Assembly (NCBI RefSeq): GCF_016433145.1 | Contig: NC_058132.1 | Coordinates: 89,424,114 to 89,488,113, forward strand | Direction: 5' to 3' | From: Gracilinanus agilis | Taxonomy: Eukaryota | DNA length: 64,000 bases | Part shown: one piece after another, positions 51,961-63,360 of the stretch | Layout: each line of letters opens with the position of its first letter | Position numbering within the stretch: position 1 is the first letter of the stretch | Notes under the pieces: generated by a model | What the model was told of the DNA's origin: nothing | Seen by the model: the letters and a program-made list of their open reading frames with translations, nothing else | The model's database searches: none | Program-made: the position numbers and the translations under genes

Positions 51961-52399
51961 TGGGCTGACTGATCAAAATTGAGGGGAATCCAGAGAATAA
52001 GCACTCATGAGCAATGGTGTCAGAATACCTTAAACCCTCAGGGTTGCCAATTAATAGAATGTGAAGAAAGTAGAAGTGAGCCTATCTTTGGGAAGCCACT
52101 AGATGATGGCCTAATGTGAGTTGGAAGAGTGAGTCCAGAGGTTGCAACACATTGAGATTTTGAAGCGAGAAAAATTAGGCCAGAGCTAGGGTGATAAATA
52201 ATTTGGGAAATCAGGAAGGGTTGTAGTTACTAGAGATTGTTATGAGGATAGAGAATAGCCTGGGATAGTTAGGCATAAGAAGAGATAGAAGGACAAAATG
52301 CTATAGTCAGAATGGGGAATTTCAAAGTTGTGGAGATGGAAAACTTGTGGGAGATAGTAAGATAAAAGATACAAATTATGCATTTTTAAACAAGCATTT

Positions 52400-52610
52400 A
52401 TTAGTCATTGAAAGAAGAAAATGGATAATTTTGAATACACTAAATCAAAAAAGTTTTGCACAAATAAAACTAATATAGTCAGCATTAGAAGGAATTCAGA
52501 AATCGGGAAAATTTTTATCATTTCTGAGGTCTCATATCTAAAACATATAGAGAACTTTGTCAAATTTATAAGATGATGGGCTATTCCTCAACTGATAGTC
52601 AATGTCTGTG
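52400..52610 (+). mobile_element. Old L1 ORF2 3' fragment
   Basis: TTTTGAATACACTAAATCAAAAAAGTTTTGCACAAATAAAACTAAT... resembles 46300-46470. Confidence 0.55.
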
Positions 52611-54813
52611 AGACAGATTGACGGAGAAATACATTCTACTAATAGGAGATATCTAGGTCAAAAACAATGGAGAAAAGAGATGGAGTATGGTGTGGAAAGA
52701 ACAAAAGACAATTTGGTTGGTTCATATTATGTGGAAGAAGGAGTTGTATGAAATGATGCTGCAAAGAGAGGCAGTTTATTAAAAGTTTTAAAAGCTAAAC
52801 AAAACAGATTGTATTTTACCCTTGAAGTCCCTGGACTTGAGGAATGGTATTACCAGACTATAAGATTTAAGGAAAATCACTTTAATAGCACCAACATAAA
52901 CCTCCTCCTATCTGTAACTGAGATTGAGAGAAGTTACAGTATTTAGATGATGGGAAGGCTGAGGGGCTTAAGAGGTGAAAGTATATGAGGATATTTGATT
53001 ATGTGGGTTGATGTACCCCTTAATAAAATCAAGATTGGAGTCAGTGAAAGACTGGACCCCAGGTCCTTAACTCTAATGAATTGATGAAAATGTCAGGTTG
53101 TGAAGAGTTTCATTTATCAATATGGAGGATAGGTTCTTAGTGAACGTTGTAGGGCTAAGTGTGGAAAATAGCAATAAAGGTAATGAAACATTCCTACTTT
53201 ATCATCTGGCACGGTACATTGGGATAGATAAGAAAAGAAAGCATTCTGGACATTTAGTCCAGAGATCTGAGTACAAGTATTTGTTCAAAGTTTTATTAGC
53301 TCCAGGTCCCTTCAAAAAGTTCTCTCTAAGCCTAAGTTTGCTTATCTGTAGAACTTAAATAAAATACTGGAACTCTCAAAAAATGTAAAATATTGTTGTG
53401 AGAAAACATTTTATCAACTTGAAATTCAATAAAAATGTGTTATTATTCAAAGAATATGGGTCAAATGCTTTAAAAAATGATGGTTGGCACTTAAATTCAC
53501 TCCCTTACCTTCCACTGAAGGGTGGAATATGGTTATTGGTATTTCTTATGAAGATTTTTAAGGGAGACTATATACACCTTGAAATAGTTGAGGAATGGGT
53601 AATGAGAAATCCCCCATAAGGAAATATATAGTGTCAAATTTTTATCATGTTTATATTTCATTTGGCATTATACATGTCTTCTTGAAAAAGTTATAGGACA
53701 AGTGAATTTCTTATTACTCCAATTTTTATGTAAAGTTAAATAAATTGATAAATAAATGTGTTAATATTAAATATTAAAGGAAATGGCTTCTCTCTATCAT
53801 GAATAAGGGTTCTTTAATGCATGCATTCTATAAGACTATATTTTTGTATATCAAAGTTTTCTTTAAATGAGGACTTCTAATCAGCATGGAAACATGTAAT
53901 GAGCACTTTTTTGGCACAATAGGAGGAATATATAAAATATGGCCATTCTCAATTCCATGAGTTGGTAGTGCCATAAATATTCCTGATTTCATACTCAGGA
54001 ATTATATATAATTTACGCTTAAAAGTATATCAGAGAGGAGGCTCCGCATAGTCCTTCATTCATCTGTCTACATGTCCAAATGCCTTCTAACCTCTATTTC
54101 CCCCAACCCCCTGCTGATGAGCCACTCCATTTATCTCTGAAGAGGCTGAAGGAAGGTTGGTGTGTGTTTCATGGATAAAGGATGGAATTTAACTGAGCCC
54201 AAGAACAACTTCCAGCAGTTTACAATTTGGAATTAGACATCCAGAAACAATACCTCTCCTAGAAATGTTTTCTCCCATTCATGTTACGGGTAATCATATG
54301 TATATCCTATTCCCCAGTTTCTATGGGGATTGAACAGTCAGGAAGTCATCAAACATCTGGAGGCTTCCTCTGGAAGGGAGATCCTTCCTTTATGGTTGTA
54401 AATCCAGATCACTCCAGTCCTTTCTTTAGAGGTTCATCTTTGAAAGGAGGAAGGAGGAAGGAAATAAACATTTATTAAGCATTTAATAAATTCCAGACAA
54501 AATGGTAAACATTTTATGATTATTATACTCATAATAATCCTGCGAGATAGATGTTATCATTATCCCTACTATATGCTTAAGGAAATCTGAGCAGACTGAA
54601 TCAGCGACTCACTCAGATTCACTAAGCTAGTAAATATCTGAAGCTAGATTTGAACTTAATTCTTCTGACCCTAAGCCCAGATCTCTATCCACTATACCAC
54701 CTCACTAAGCCTAAAATGGCTCAAAGAGGCTCAGGATCAGAATAATGAAGCCTTAATGAGATTATTTCATGAAGGAAGAAACAATGAAAAGAAAGATAAT
54801 TTGGGAATTAGAG

Positions 54814-55070
54814 ATTGCTGTTGTTCAATTGTTTCAATCATGTCCAATTCTTTGTGGCCCCATTTGGTGTTTTCTTAGCAGTGATACTTGAGTGGTTTGC
54901 CATTTCCTTTCTAGTTCATTTTACTGACAAGGAAACTGAGAGAAACAGGATTAAGTGACTTGCCTAGGTTTATACCACCAATAAGTATCTGAGGCCAGAA
55001 TTGAACTCTGGAAGATGAGTCTTCTTGACATCAGCTCCAACATTCTATTCACTGTGCCACCTAGCTACCC
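54814..55070 (-). mobile_element. MAR1-type marsupial SINE
   Basis: (GTT)-rich tail then TTCAATCATGTCCAATTCTTTGTGGCCCCATTTGG...GAGTGGTTTGCCATTTCCTT...CACTGTGCCACCTAGCTACCC. Confidence 0.75.
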
Positions 55071-55489
55071 TAAATTAGAGGACTGGGGTTCAAATGCCAT
55101 CTCTTCTACTTACCACCTATGTGATCTTCATCCAGTTATTTTCTGAACTTCAATTACCTGATCTTCAGGGAAAGGGGATTAGACTAGATGGCTCCTAAAT
55201 TATTTTCAACTTCTAAATCTGTGTTCCTCTGTCAGTAGGATTGATAGTTATCTATGAAGTGTGCTATTGACCGTAAACAAGGAAGTATCTCTTTTTATTT
55301 ACCTCTGTTTCCCAAGGAGGAGATAAATTCCTTTGATTAAATATTTGGGTGCATATATGTATACACACAACTCCCCCCATGTTTGTGCCTTTATATACAT
55401 ATATATGTATATACATATATATATCCTTCAGATGATATATATGTATATATAGTGTATTCCTAAAGAACATTCCATTTTTCTAAACCTTA

Positions 55490-56100
55490 CCACTTGATGG
55501 CTATCCTCCACTCAACTCTCAAATAATTTTTCTAAAGCCCAAGGCTGACTATATCACACTGACCTCCCCATGCCTACCCCCATCATAACCCTCTCTATTA
55601 CTTAATGAACTATAATGGCATCTCATTCCCTTCAGGATAAAATATAAAATCCTCCATTTGACTGTCAGAGCTCTCCATAGCCTCTCTAGTCTTCATACAA
55701 TTTATAATCCCCCAAACCTCCACATAATCTGCCATCCAATGGCAATAGTCTCCTTGTTCTTCCTTTTACAACACCCTTCCATTTCTCAATGTTTTCCGTT
55801 GTTCCTCCTCATGACTAGAATGTCCTCCCTCCTTGTCACTGGCTACTGAAGTCCCTGGCTACCATTAAATCTCAACAAAATTCCATCTCTATAAGAAGAT
55901 TTTTCCAACCCCTTTTAATTCCAATACCTTCCCTGTGTTAATAATTTGTGTTCTATAGTGCTCATTTGTACATAGTTTTTTTAATCATTTCTCGCATTAA
56001 ACTGGGAGTTCCTTAAATAGGGACTTTTTTTTTGTTGTATCTATAGTACTTAATATAATGTCTGGTATATAATGGGAAATGCATAAATATTTTTATAGTA
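55490..56100 (+). mobile_element. LINE-2 3' fragment
   Basis: Pyrimidine-rich L2-type sequence ending TATAGTACTTAATATAATGTCTGGTATATAATGG. Confidence 0.55.
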
Positions 56101-56749
56101 TACACATTATAAAATATTTACATACTGACTATTTTTGACTGTCTAGCAGACATTGTAGAAGGAAATAAAAGGTATAGTTACTATTTTTCTGGTACCATTT
56201 TTAAGACTTTGCAAGTGTTTTATATGCCACTTGGGGAGGTGACCAAGAAGATTTGAGACTAGTTTCACTTTCTTTATAATTTGGTCCTATAGTACAAGTT
56301 GAAGGTTTTAGTTAAGTAGCTATCAAAATATTTAAGCCCTAGAATCATTCTTCATAGTCACATCAAAATCCTAGATTCCTAATATTTCAGAGCTGACATC
56401 TTAGGTTTTATAGTCTCAATTAAAACTTAGCAGGTTTTCCTTCTATATTTCCATTCAGATTTCCCCCTTGTGGCATGAGCAACACTCTAATGTGGGCTCA
56501 ACTCAAACTTTTCCTTCCAAATTTAGTCAGGAAAATCATTGCTTCTTCCAATGTGATCCACAGGACCTCTATTTTCAACCAATTTGCCATCTTCTCTCCC
56601 TCATAGAAAGTGCATGATAATCCTCTAGAAAATGAATGGTCATTTTTTAAACATTTGCAGACTGTGTAGATCTAGGAATCTCAGCAATATGAAAAGCAAG
56701 AAAGTAAAATGTTTAAGATCCAGGAAATAGATGGCTAGATATTAGTAGA

Positions 56750-56985
56750 CAGCCAGGTGGCACTATGCTAGAGTTTGGAAGGCTTGAGTTCAAATTTGGC
56801 CTTAGATATTTATTATGTGACCCTGGGCAAGTCATTTAACTTCTGTTTGCAACTTTTTTCTACATCTGTAAAATGGGGATAATCATAGCATCTACCTCCT
56901 ATGCTTCTTGTGAGGATCAAATGACATGATAATTATAAAGTACTTAGCACAGTGCCTGGAATATAGTAAGCACTTCATAAACACT
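56750..56985 (+). mobile_element. CORE-SINE (MAR1/MIR-like)
   Basis: GAGTTCAAATTTGGCC...GTGACCCTGGGCAAGTCATTTAAC...CATCTGTAAAATGGGGATAAT...AGCACAGTGCCTGG. Confidence 0.8.
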
Positions 56986-57175
56986 AGCTAGTGTATTTGG
57001 TCATTTGAAGACCAAGAAAGCCATTCAGACATGGAAAACCATGAATGTTCAGTTCTACTTGGCTATCCTGGGAACAACTACCAAGTACTCTATTAGATGT
57101 CCTAGCCTAGGTCTGTGAGCACTGCACCTATCTTCTGCAGGGCACCCTTCCTGGGCATTAAGAAGGCACTAAGTA

Positions 57176-58108
57176 TCAGTCAGTGAAGTACCGGAGCACC
57201 CGTTCCCGGATCTGCTTGGTTCTCACACCATATATAACAGGGTTGAGTGCTGGTGGGATGCTCATGTAAAGGTTGGCAATAAGAATATGAACATATGGGG
57301 GTATTCGGTGACCAAATCGGTGAGTAAGGAAGGAAAAAAAGGCAGGGGTGTAGAAGACACACATTACTCCTACATGGGAACTGCAGGTGCTCAGCGCCTT
57401 GAGTCGGGCATCGTGGGAAGGGAGACGGAAGACTGCACGGAGAATATAGGCATAGGAAACACCAATGAGGACCAGATCCACAAGAAGAAAGGAAGCCGCA
57501 AAGAGACCATAGATGGCATTAACACGAATGCTGGCACATGCCAATTTTACGATACCCATGTGTTCACAGTAAGAGTGTGCAATAACACGAGCTTGGCAGA
57601 AGGGCAGACGACAGGCAAGGGTGACAACAGGGATCATGAGCAAGATAGGGTGAAGCACAATAGCCACTCCAATTCCAGTCAACACCTGAGTTGTCAAGAT
57701 AGTGGTATAGCGGAGAGGGGTACAGATCGCCACATAGCGATCAAAGGCCATGCCGAGTAGCACACCCGACTCCATACCAGTGAGGCTGTGGATGAAGAAC
57801 ATTTGGGCCATACATGTTCCAAAGTTGATCTCGTGGGCTCCAAACCAGAAGATGCCCAGCATGCGGGGCACAGAGGTTGTTGAGAGTGCCAGGTCAATAG
57901 TGGAGAGGAGGGCCAAGAAATAGAACATAGGATCCCGCAGTTTCTTTTCAGTCCAGATCACCAGTAAGATAGTGACATTGCCCAAAATTGCTACAAGGTA
58001 GAAGGAGCAGAAGGGCAGAGACAACCAGATGTGGATGTCTTCTAGCCCAGGAATGCCCAGGAGGATGAAGGTGCTTGGGTGGAAGGTGGTGGCATTAGGT
58101 TGTGACAT
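57176..58108 (-). CDS. OR52J3: Class I olfactory receptor, OR52J3-like, intact 310 aa (OR-E)
   Basis: [71 protein letters not shown] match human OR52J3 as recalled; one-to-one orthology is not verified. Confidence 0.93.
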   Translation of the reverse strand: MSQPNATTFHPSTFILLGIPGLEDIHIWLSLPFCSFYLVAILGNVTILLVIWTEKKLRDPMFYFLALLSTIDLALSTTSVPRMLGIFWFGAHEINFGTCMAQMFFIHSLTGMESGVLLGMAFDRYVAICTPLRYTTILTTQVLTGIGVAIVLHPILLMIPVVTLACRLPFCQARVIAHSYCEHMGIVKLACASIRVNAIYGLFAASFLLVDLVLIGVSYAYILRAVFRLPSHDARLKALSTCSSHVGVMCVFYTPAFFSFLTHRFGHRIPPYVHILIANLYMSIPPALNPVIYGVRTKQIRERVLRYFTD

Positions 58109-58109
58109 C

Positions 58110-58140
58110 CTGCCATAGACTGAAAGGTCGAGAGAAACTA
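58110..58140 (-). promoter_or_regulatory. Tandem splice acceptors of the OR-E coding exon
   Basis: Minus strand TTTCTCTCGACCTTTCAG|TCTATGGCAG|GATG (AG 58121-58120 and 58111-58110). Confidence 0.65.
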
Positions 58141-59079
58141 TCCCTCCTTAGAAGATTTAAAAAAAAAATAGAGAGCCATGCAATGAAGATTAGCTGAAGT
58201 ATTATTACAAAGTTACTTGCTATTTTTCTAGTTCCTTTCCTATTTACCAGTCTTCTTATCCCTTGCCTCTCCACATACTCCAGGATTCACTTAAACTGAC
58301 CTCTTTGCTATTCCTTACATATGACATGCCCTCTCTCCATTCTGTGTATTTTCATTGACTGACCCTCTATGACTAGAATCTTCTTGATTCTCACCTCTGT
58401 CTCCTGGATTCTTTGGTTTCTTTCGGGGTTCAGTAAAAATCCCAACTTCTGCAAGAAGGCTTTCCTGATTCCTCTTCTTCTCTCCCTTGATTATCTCAAA
58501 TTTAATTTGTATATAATGTTTGTACATGCTTACTCATATGTTGTCTCTCATTAGATTATAAACTCCTTGTGATTAGGGACTGTCTTTTGCTTTTCTTTGT
58601 ATACATAATGCTTAGCATAATGCCTGGCATACAGTAGCTACTGTATATATATATATATTCTTGTTGACTGTGATTCAATTTGATTTAGGGATAAGGAAGA
58701 TTATGGGCTTGTTTATGCAAGTGTCTTAGTCTGTGACATTTTAACCAATTACCTGACTACAGCCTTAACATTAAGCCCACTGACAGGAGTCACAGATAAG
58801 ACCACTCTCTCTAATCCCATTTAACTTTGATGGAGGACTGACTCTTAACCTTTCCCAAAGACATCTAGTCCTTACTCTGACTAAGCCCTTACCTTGGCCC
58901 TATACTGAATAATAATCCTAACCTGAGAAATGCTTCCTAATTATAGTGACAAAGTGTTAGTCAAAGTGACACCTTGCTGTGTATTTATAGGCACCAACAA
59001 GGAACATTCATCAAAAGGCTGAGTTTTAACTAGGTTAAATTGTACAAAACTAGCATATTTACTTGCCTAACCACTTTCT

Positions 59080-62000
59080 TCTGGATTCTGTCCTTGAAAT
59101 TCTTCTTGCTTTCTTGAACCTCATCTAGATCTGCTTTTTGATCGGTCTTCATGTCTTCTATGAATTTGCTAGACTGGAGACTTTCCTCTCTCCTACATTG
59201 TTTTCATATTTTGCTTTGCATTGGTGTTATTTGTAACATTCCTGCCACCATTATCCTGGTGTAGTGAATACAAATGCTGAATTTTGACATTTCTATCTAT
59301 AGATACTCAACCCTCCAAAATATATTCTTTTTGTTATTCTCTGTACCACCTTTATATTTTTTCTGAACTCACTAGGGTCAAAGAATCACAGAATTCCCTA
59401 TCCTCAGAAGCCATAATATAATCCCTACTTTAAGAGAATCCCCTTTATAAAATATTAATTATCAAGTCATACCTTGATAGGTCCAAATTCAGGCCCTTAT
59501 AGTTAATTCTGAAGAGTTCTTCTTATGAGACTGTTTTTCCTAGCACTCCTACCTCTACATACATTCATTTTATTCCCTATATCTGAGAATGTCCTATCCT
59601 TCCTCCTCACACATTCATGCCCTGCCCAATTTCTAAACCCCACAAAAAAGTCATGACTCTTACAATGAAAGCTTTCTTGTCCTAAACAAGTCCACAGTGA
59701 AGACTCCCATCCCACTTCTTATTATCAATAATGAATGTATTTAACTTGGATATTGTAGCCATTTTAGTTAATACTCTTCTGATTTGGCTGCTTTGATAAT
59801 TATGTCAGTCATTGTGACTGCTATAATTACTTTAGCCCATTAACAACCTAAAAAGACAGGAGGTTGAGATAATGTTTCTTGGCCATTTGACGGATTTTTA
59901 GATTAAATTTGACGGAGAGGCAGATAGACAAAAACAAAGAGACTGAAAGAAATAAAGTCAGAGGCTAAAAGATAAAAAGAGACAAAGAAATGAAATAAAA
60001 TGGAAAAGGAGACTGAAGGAGAAACAAAGAAGCAGACACAAGAAGAAAGAGATATTAGTAATACCTACCGGGGTCAGAATGAGTCAGAAATAAGAAAAGA
60101 CAACCAATGTTAGAAAGAACTAGCTAACAATTTGTGCCAACCAAAAGCACAATAAGTTGCCTTGCAAAAAAGTGAGTTCCCTGTCACTGGGGGTCATCAA
60201 ATGAAAGCTGGATGCCCATTTAAGAGGGATTCCTACTAAAGTACTTTGGACTATATCCCCTTTAAAGTCTTTTTCAATTCTTAGATTTTGATTATCAAAG
60301 CTATTGGGCATGATTAAATTCTGTTCATATAACTTCATCACAGGAAAATTGGCATAAGGTGGTAAATATAATTGGACCAATTCATTATGGTTTTATTCAA
60401 TAGCTATAGTGTAGTAGAATGGAAAATTGGGGTATTAAGATTTATAACTGGCTCAATTATTCTATCATAAGGAAGGAAAAGCAAGGAAAGTGAAAGCAAG
60501 GGAAGGAAAAAGGTCATATCAGGGATGTTAAGCTGGAAGGAACCTTGGAAGCTATCTGGATTCTGTCATCAAGATTCCTTCTTGCTTCCTTGAACCTCAT
60601 CTAGATCTGCCCCTTCACTGGTTTTCACTTCTATGTACTTGCCGGACTAGAGACTCTCCAGTTATATCCTACCTTGTCTTCATACTTTGCTTTGAATTAG
60701 TGATTATTTGTAATATACCCACACCATTATCCTGGTGTAGCAAACACAAGCCCTGAATTTTGACATTCCAATATATAGATACACTCCAAAATATGTTTTT
60801 TAAATTATTCTCTATGTCTCCTTTCTATTCATTTCTGAGCTCACCAGGGTCAAACAAACATAAAATCACTAATTCCTAATCTGCCAGTGTCTCCAGAAGC
60901 CATTTATAGTACAATTCTTTTCTTACGAGAACCTCCTTTAATAAATATTTGATAGTTATCAAACCTCAACTTGATAGCTCCAGCCTCAATCCCTTGTACT
61001 TCTAAAGATTTCTTATTATTAACCTATTTGTCCTAGCAATTACCACCCACAAACATACATATATCTGCAAACAGAGGCACACTTTTATCCATTTTATTCA
61101 CCTGATCCAGGAATTTCCTTCCTTTCCACCTTACAGTGCATATCTAACTCAACTCCGAAGCCCTACAAAAGTCATGCCTCTTTACATAAAGATCTTCTTG
61201 ACCACCCAAGTACATAGTGAAAGGCTTCCATATCAGTACTGATTATCAATAATGAATGTAATAATGACCTTAAATATTCAGACCATTTTAGTTCTTGTCT
61301 CCTGATTTGGCTATTCTCGATATTATATCAGCCATGATAAGAGGTATATTTAATGTGCCCCATGAATAACCTGTAGAAACAATAGGTTAATATTCAGAAT
61401 GAGCTACTCATGTGCCTTGGTTTTTTAGATATGTAAGATTAAATTTAGAAGAAAGAAAGATAGTGACAGAGAGAGACTGAAAGACAGAAAAATAAAGAAG
61501 CTGAGAGACAAAGAGTGACAGACGAACACAAAGATATGAAGTTAAAATAAAAATGGAAAAAGAGACTGAAGGTGAAATATAGGAAGAGAGTCAAAAAGAA
61601 ACAAAGGAAGGGGCTGCTAGGTGGCTCAATGGGTTGAGAGCCAGGAGGAGAAATGTGAGGTCTGGGTTAAAATCTGGTCTCAGACCCTTCCTAGCTCTGC
61701 AGCCCTGTGTAATTAATTCACTCAGCCTCCATTGTCTAAACCTTACTGTTCTTCTGTCTTGGAGCCAACATTCAGTTTTGATGCTACAACAGAAGGTAAG
61801 AGTTCTAAGGAGTGGGAATAAGAAATAAAGAAGAAAGAAATATTCATAATAAATATTGAGAACCAAATGAATCAGAAGACAAAGTAAGACTTAACCAATG
61901 TTAGAAAAAACTGGCTAACAATTTGACACAGTGACCTTCCTTGCAAAGAAATGAGTTTCCAGTCACTGATAGCCTTCAAGTGAAAGCTGAATGTCCACTT

Positions 62001-62342
62001 GGGATTTCTGTTCAAGTACTTTGAACTACATGCCCTTTGAGGTCTTTTCCAACTCTTATATTGTGATTGTGAGAGTTATTATATGTGATTAAATCCTGTT
62101 TGTATAATTTAATCGCAGGAAAATTGTCATAAGCTGGTAAATATAACTAGAACAATTAATTATGCCTGTACTCAATAATTCTGGTATAGAAGTTGGAAGT
62201 TCAGGGAACTGATGTTTATGCCTAGTTCAATTGTCCTATCATAGGGAAAGAAAAGGAAAGGAAAGAGAAGACAAGGGAAGGAAAGAGTTATACTATTAGC
62301 ATAAAGAATATTAAGTGGGAAGGAACCTTGAAAGCTCTCTAG
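59080..62342. repeat. Old head-to-tail tandem duplication (~1.5 kb and ~1.8 kb copies)
   Basis: Collinear anchors in both copies: CTTGAACCTCATCTAGATCTGC, CACCATTATCCTGGTGTAG, CTGAATTTTGACATT, ATTATCAATAATGAATGTA, AACCAATGTTAGAAA, GGTAAATATAA, GAAGGAACCTTG. Junction near 60555. Confidence 0.9.
61609..61810 (+). mobile_element. Diverged SINE1-type element present only in the second duplicate copy
   Basis: GGGCTGCTAGGTGGCTCAATGGGTTGAGAGCCAGG...CTGGTCTCAGACCCTTCCTAGCT; absent at the matching position (~60045) of copy 1. Confidence 0.8.
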
Positions 62343-63186
62343 ATCAATTGTCTCATATTATGAAGGAGGAAATTGAGATATAGAGGTTAGGTATCATGTC
62401 CATGTTGCTACATGTAATATGATCCAAGATTTAACCCAAATCCTCTGTCTATAGAAGCATTGTTGAATTGAATTGAATCCAAGAATATGTTTTAAGTAAA
62501 TATCCTTTGAAAGCATAAACTATGCTAGATGCAAGTCCATCAGTTGAAGTGAGAGAATCAGGAAAGCTGGAACAAATTTGATACCTCTGAGAGTCCTGGA
62601 AAATACTTCAGGAGCACTGGACATGAGGGAGTGATAAGAGAATTCTTGTTGGTCCTCCAAAGAAGAGGAAGCAAAGAAGCAGAATGTTTGAATCATGCCC
62701 AAGAAATTTATTAGCTTTTTGACCATGGACAAGTCACTTAACTTCTCTCTGTGCCTCAATTTTATAATCTATAAAATGGAAATAATAATAGCACTTAACT
62801 CACAGGGTTATTGTGAGGATCATATAAGATAAAATTCAGAAAGTGCTTTGCAAACTTTAAAGTGCTATATAAATGCTAACTGTTATCATATATAAATAAA
62901 TATGTATATATGATGCTATCACATAATTAATATGACAATTACTTTAACCCAGAATTATGTGAGCTCTTCTCTATGAAAGGAAGTAACAGCATTTCTATAT
63001 TCCCTGCATGTTAAAAATGTCCACATCTATGATCTCATAATAAGATACTTATTTTGTGAAAAAATCTTTGATGGTTTTGTCCAACTCTTTCCCTTTGTCT
63101 ATTCTCAACCTTTCCCTTCTTGATCCTTCTTTTATCCTGGGAGAAATAGCTAGGAACCCAGAACCTGCTCCTATGACCAGGGACTA

Positions 63187-63360
63187 ACTCACCAGATTTG
63201 GTAGCAAAATGAATTTGTGTTTCTTTTTTTCCAGATCTTTGTCAGCAACCTAACCTATCTAGTCTCAAAGGAGGCTTTATACTGAGGCAAGGACTCTCTC
63301 TGATGTGATGTTTGCATAGGGTCTCCCATGAGGCAGGCGAGGGCCCTGAGTCCCAGTACC
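63187..63360 (-). promoter_or_regulatory. Putative promoter and non-coding exon 1 of OR-E
   Basis: Donor CTG|GTGAGT (GT 63192-63191); TATAAA 63281-63276; TTTGCAT at ~63311; O/E-like TCCCATGAG 63324-63332. Confidence 0.7.

Noticed and set aside
53850-54010. TAATGAG-containing stretch as a cluster enhancer (J-element or Greek-island type)
   Set aside because: A single hexamer in AT-rich DNA, with no clear adjacent EBF site and no conservation evidence available.
57287-57760. Antisense ORFs over OR genes (157 aa here; also 42341-42727, 22141-22374, 35179-35379)
   Set aside because: Expected opposite-strand open frames of hydrophobic coding sequence; no recognisable domain, and boundaries are not conserved.
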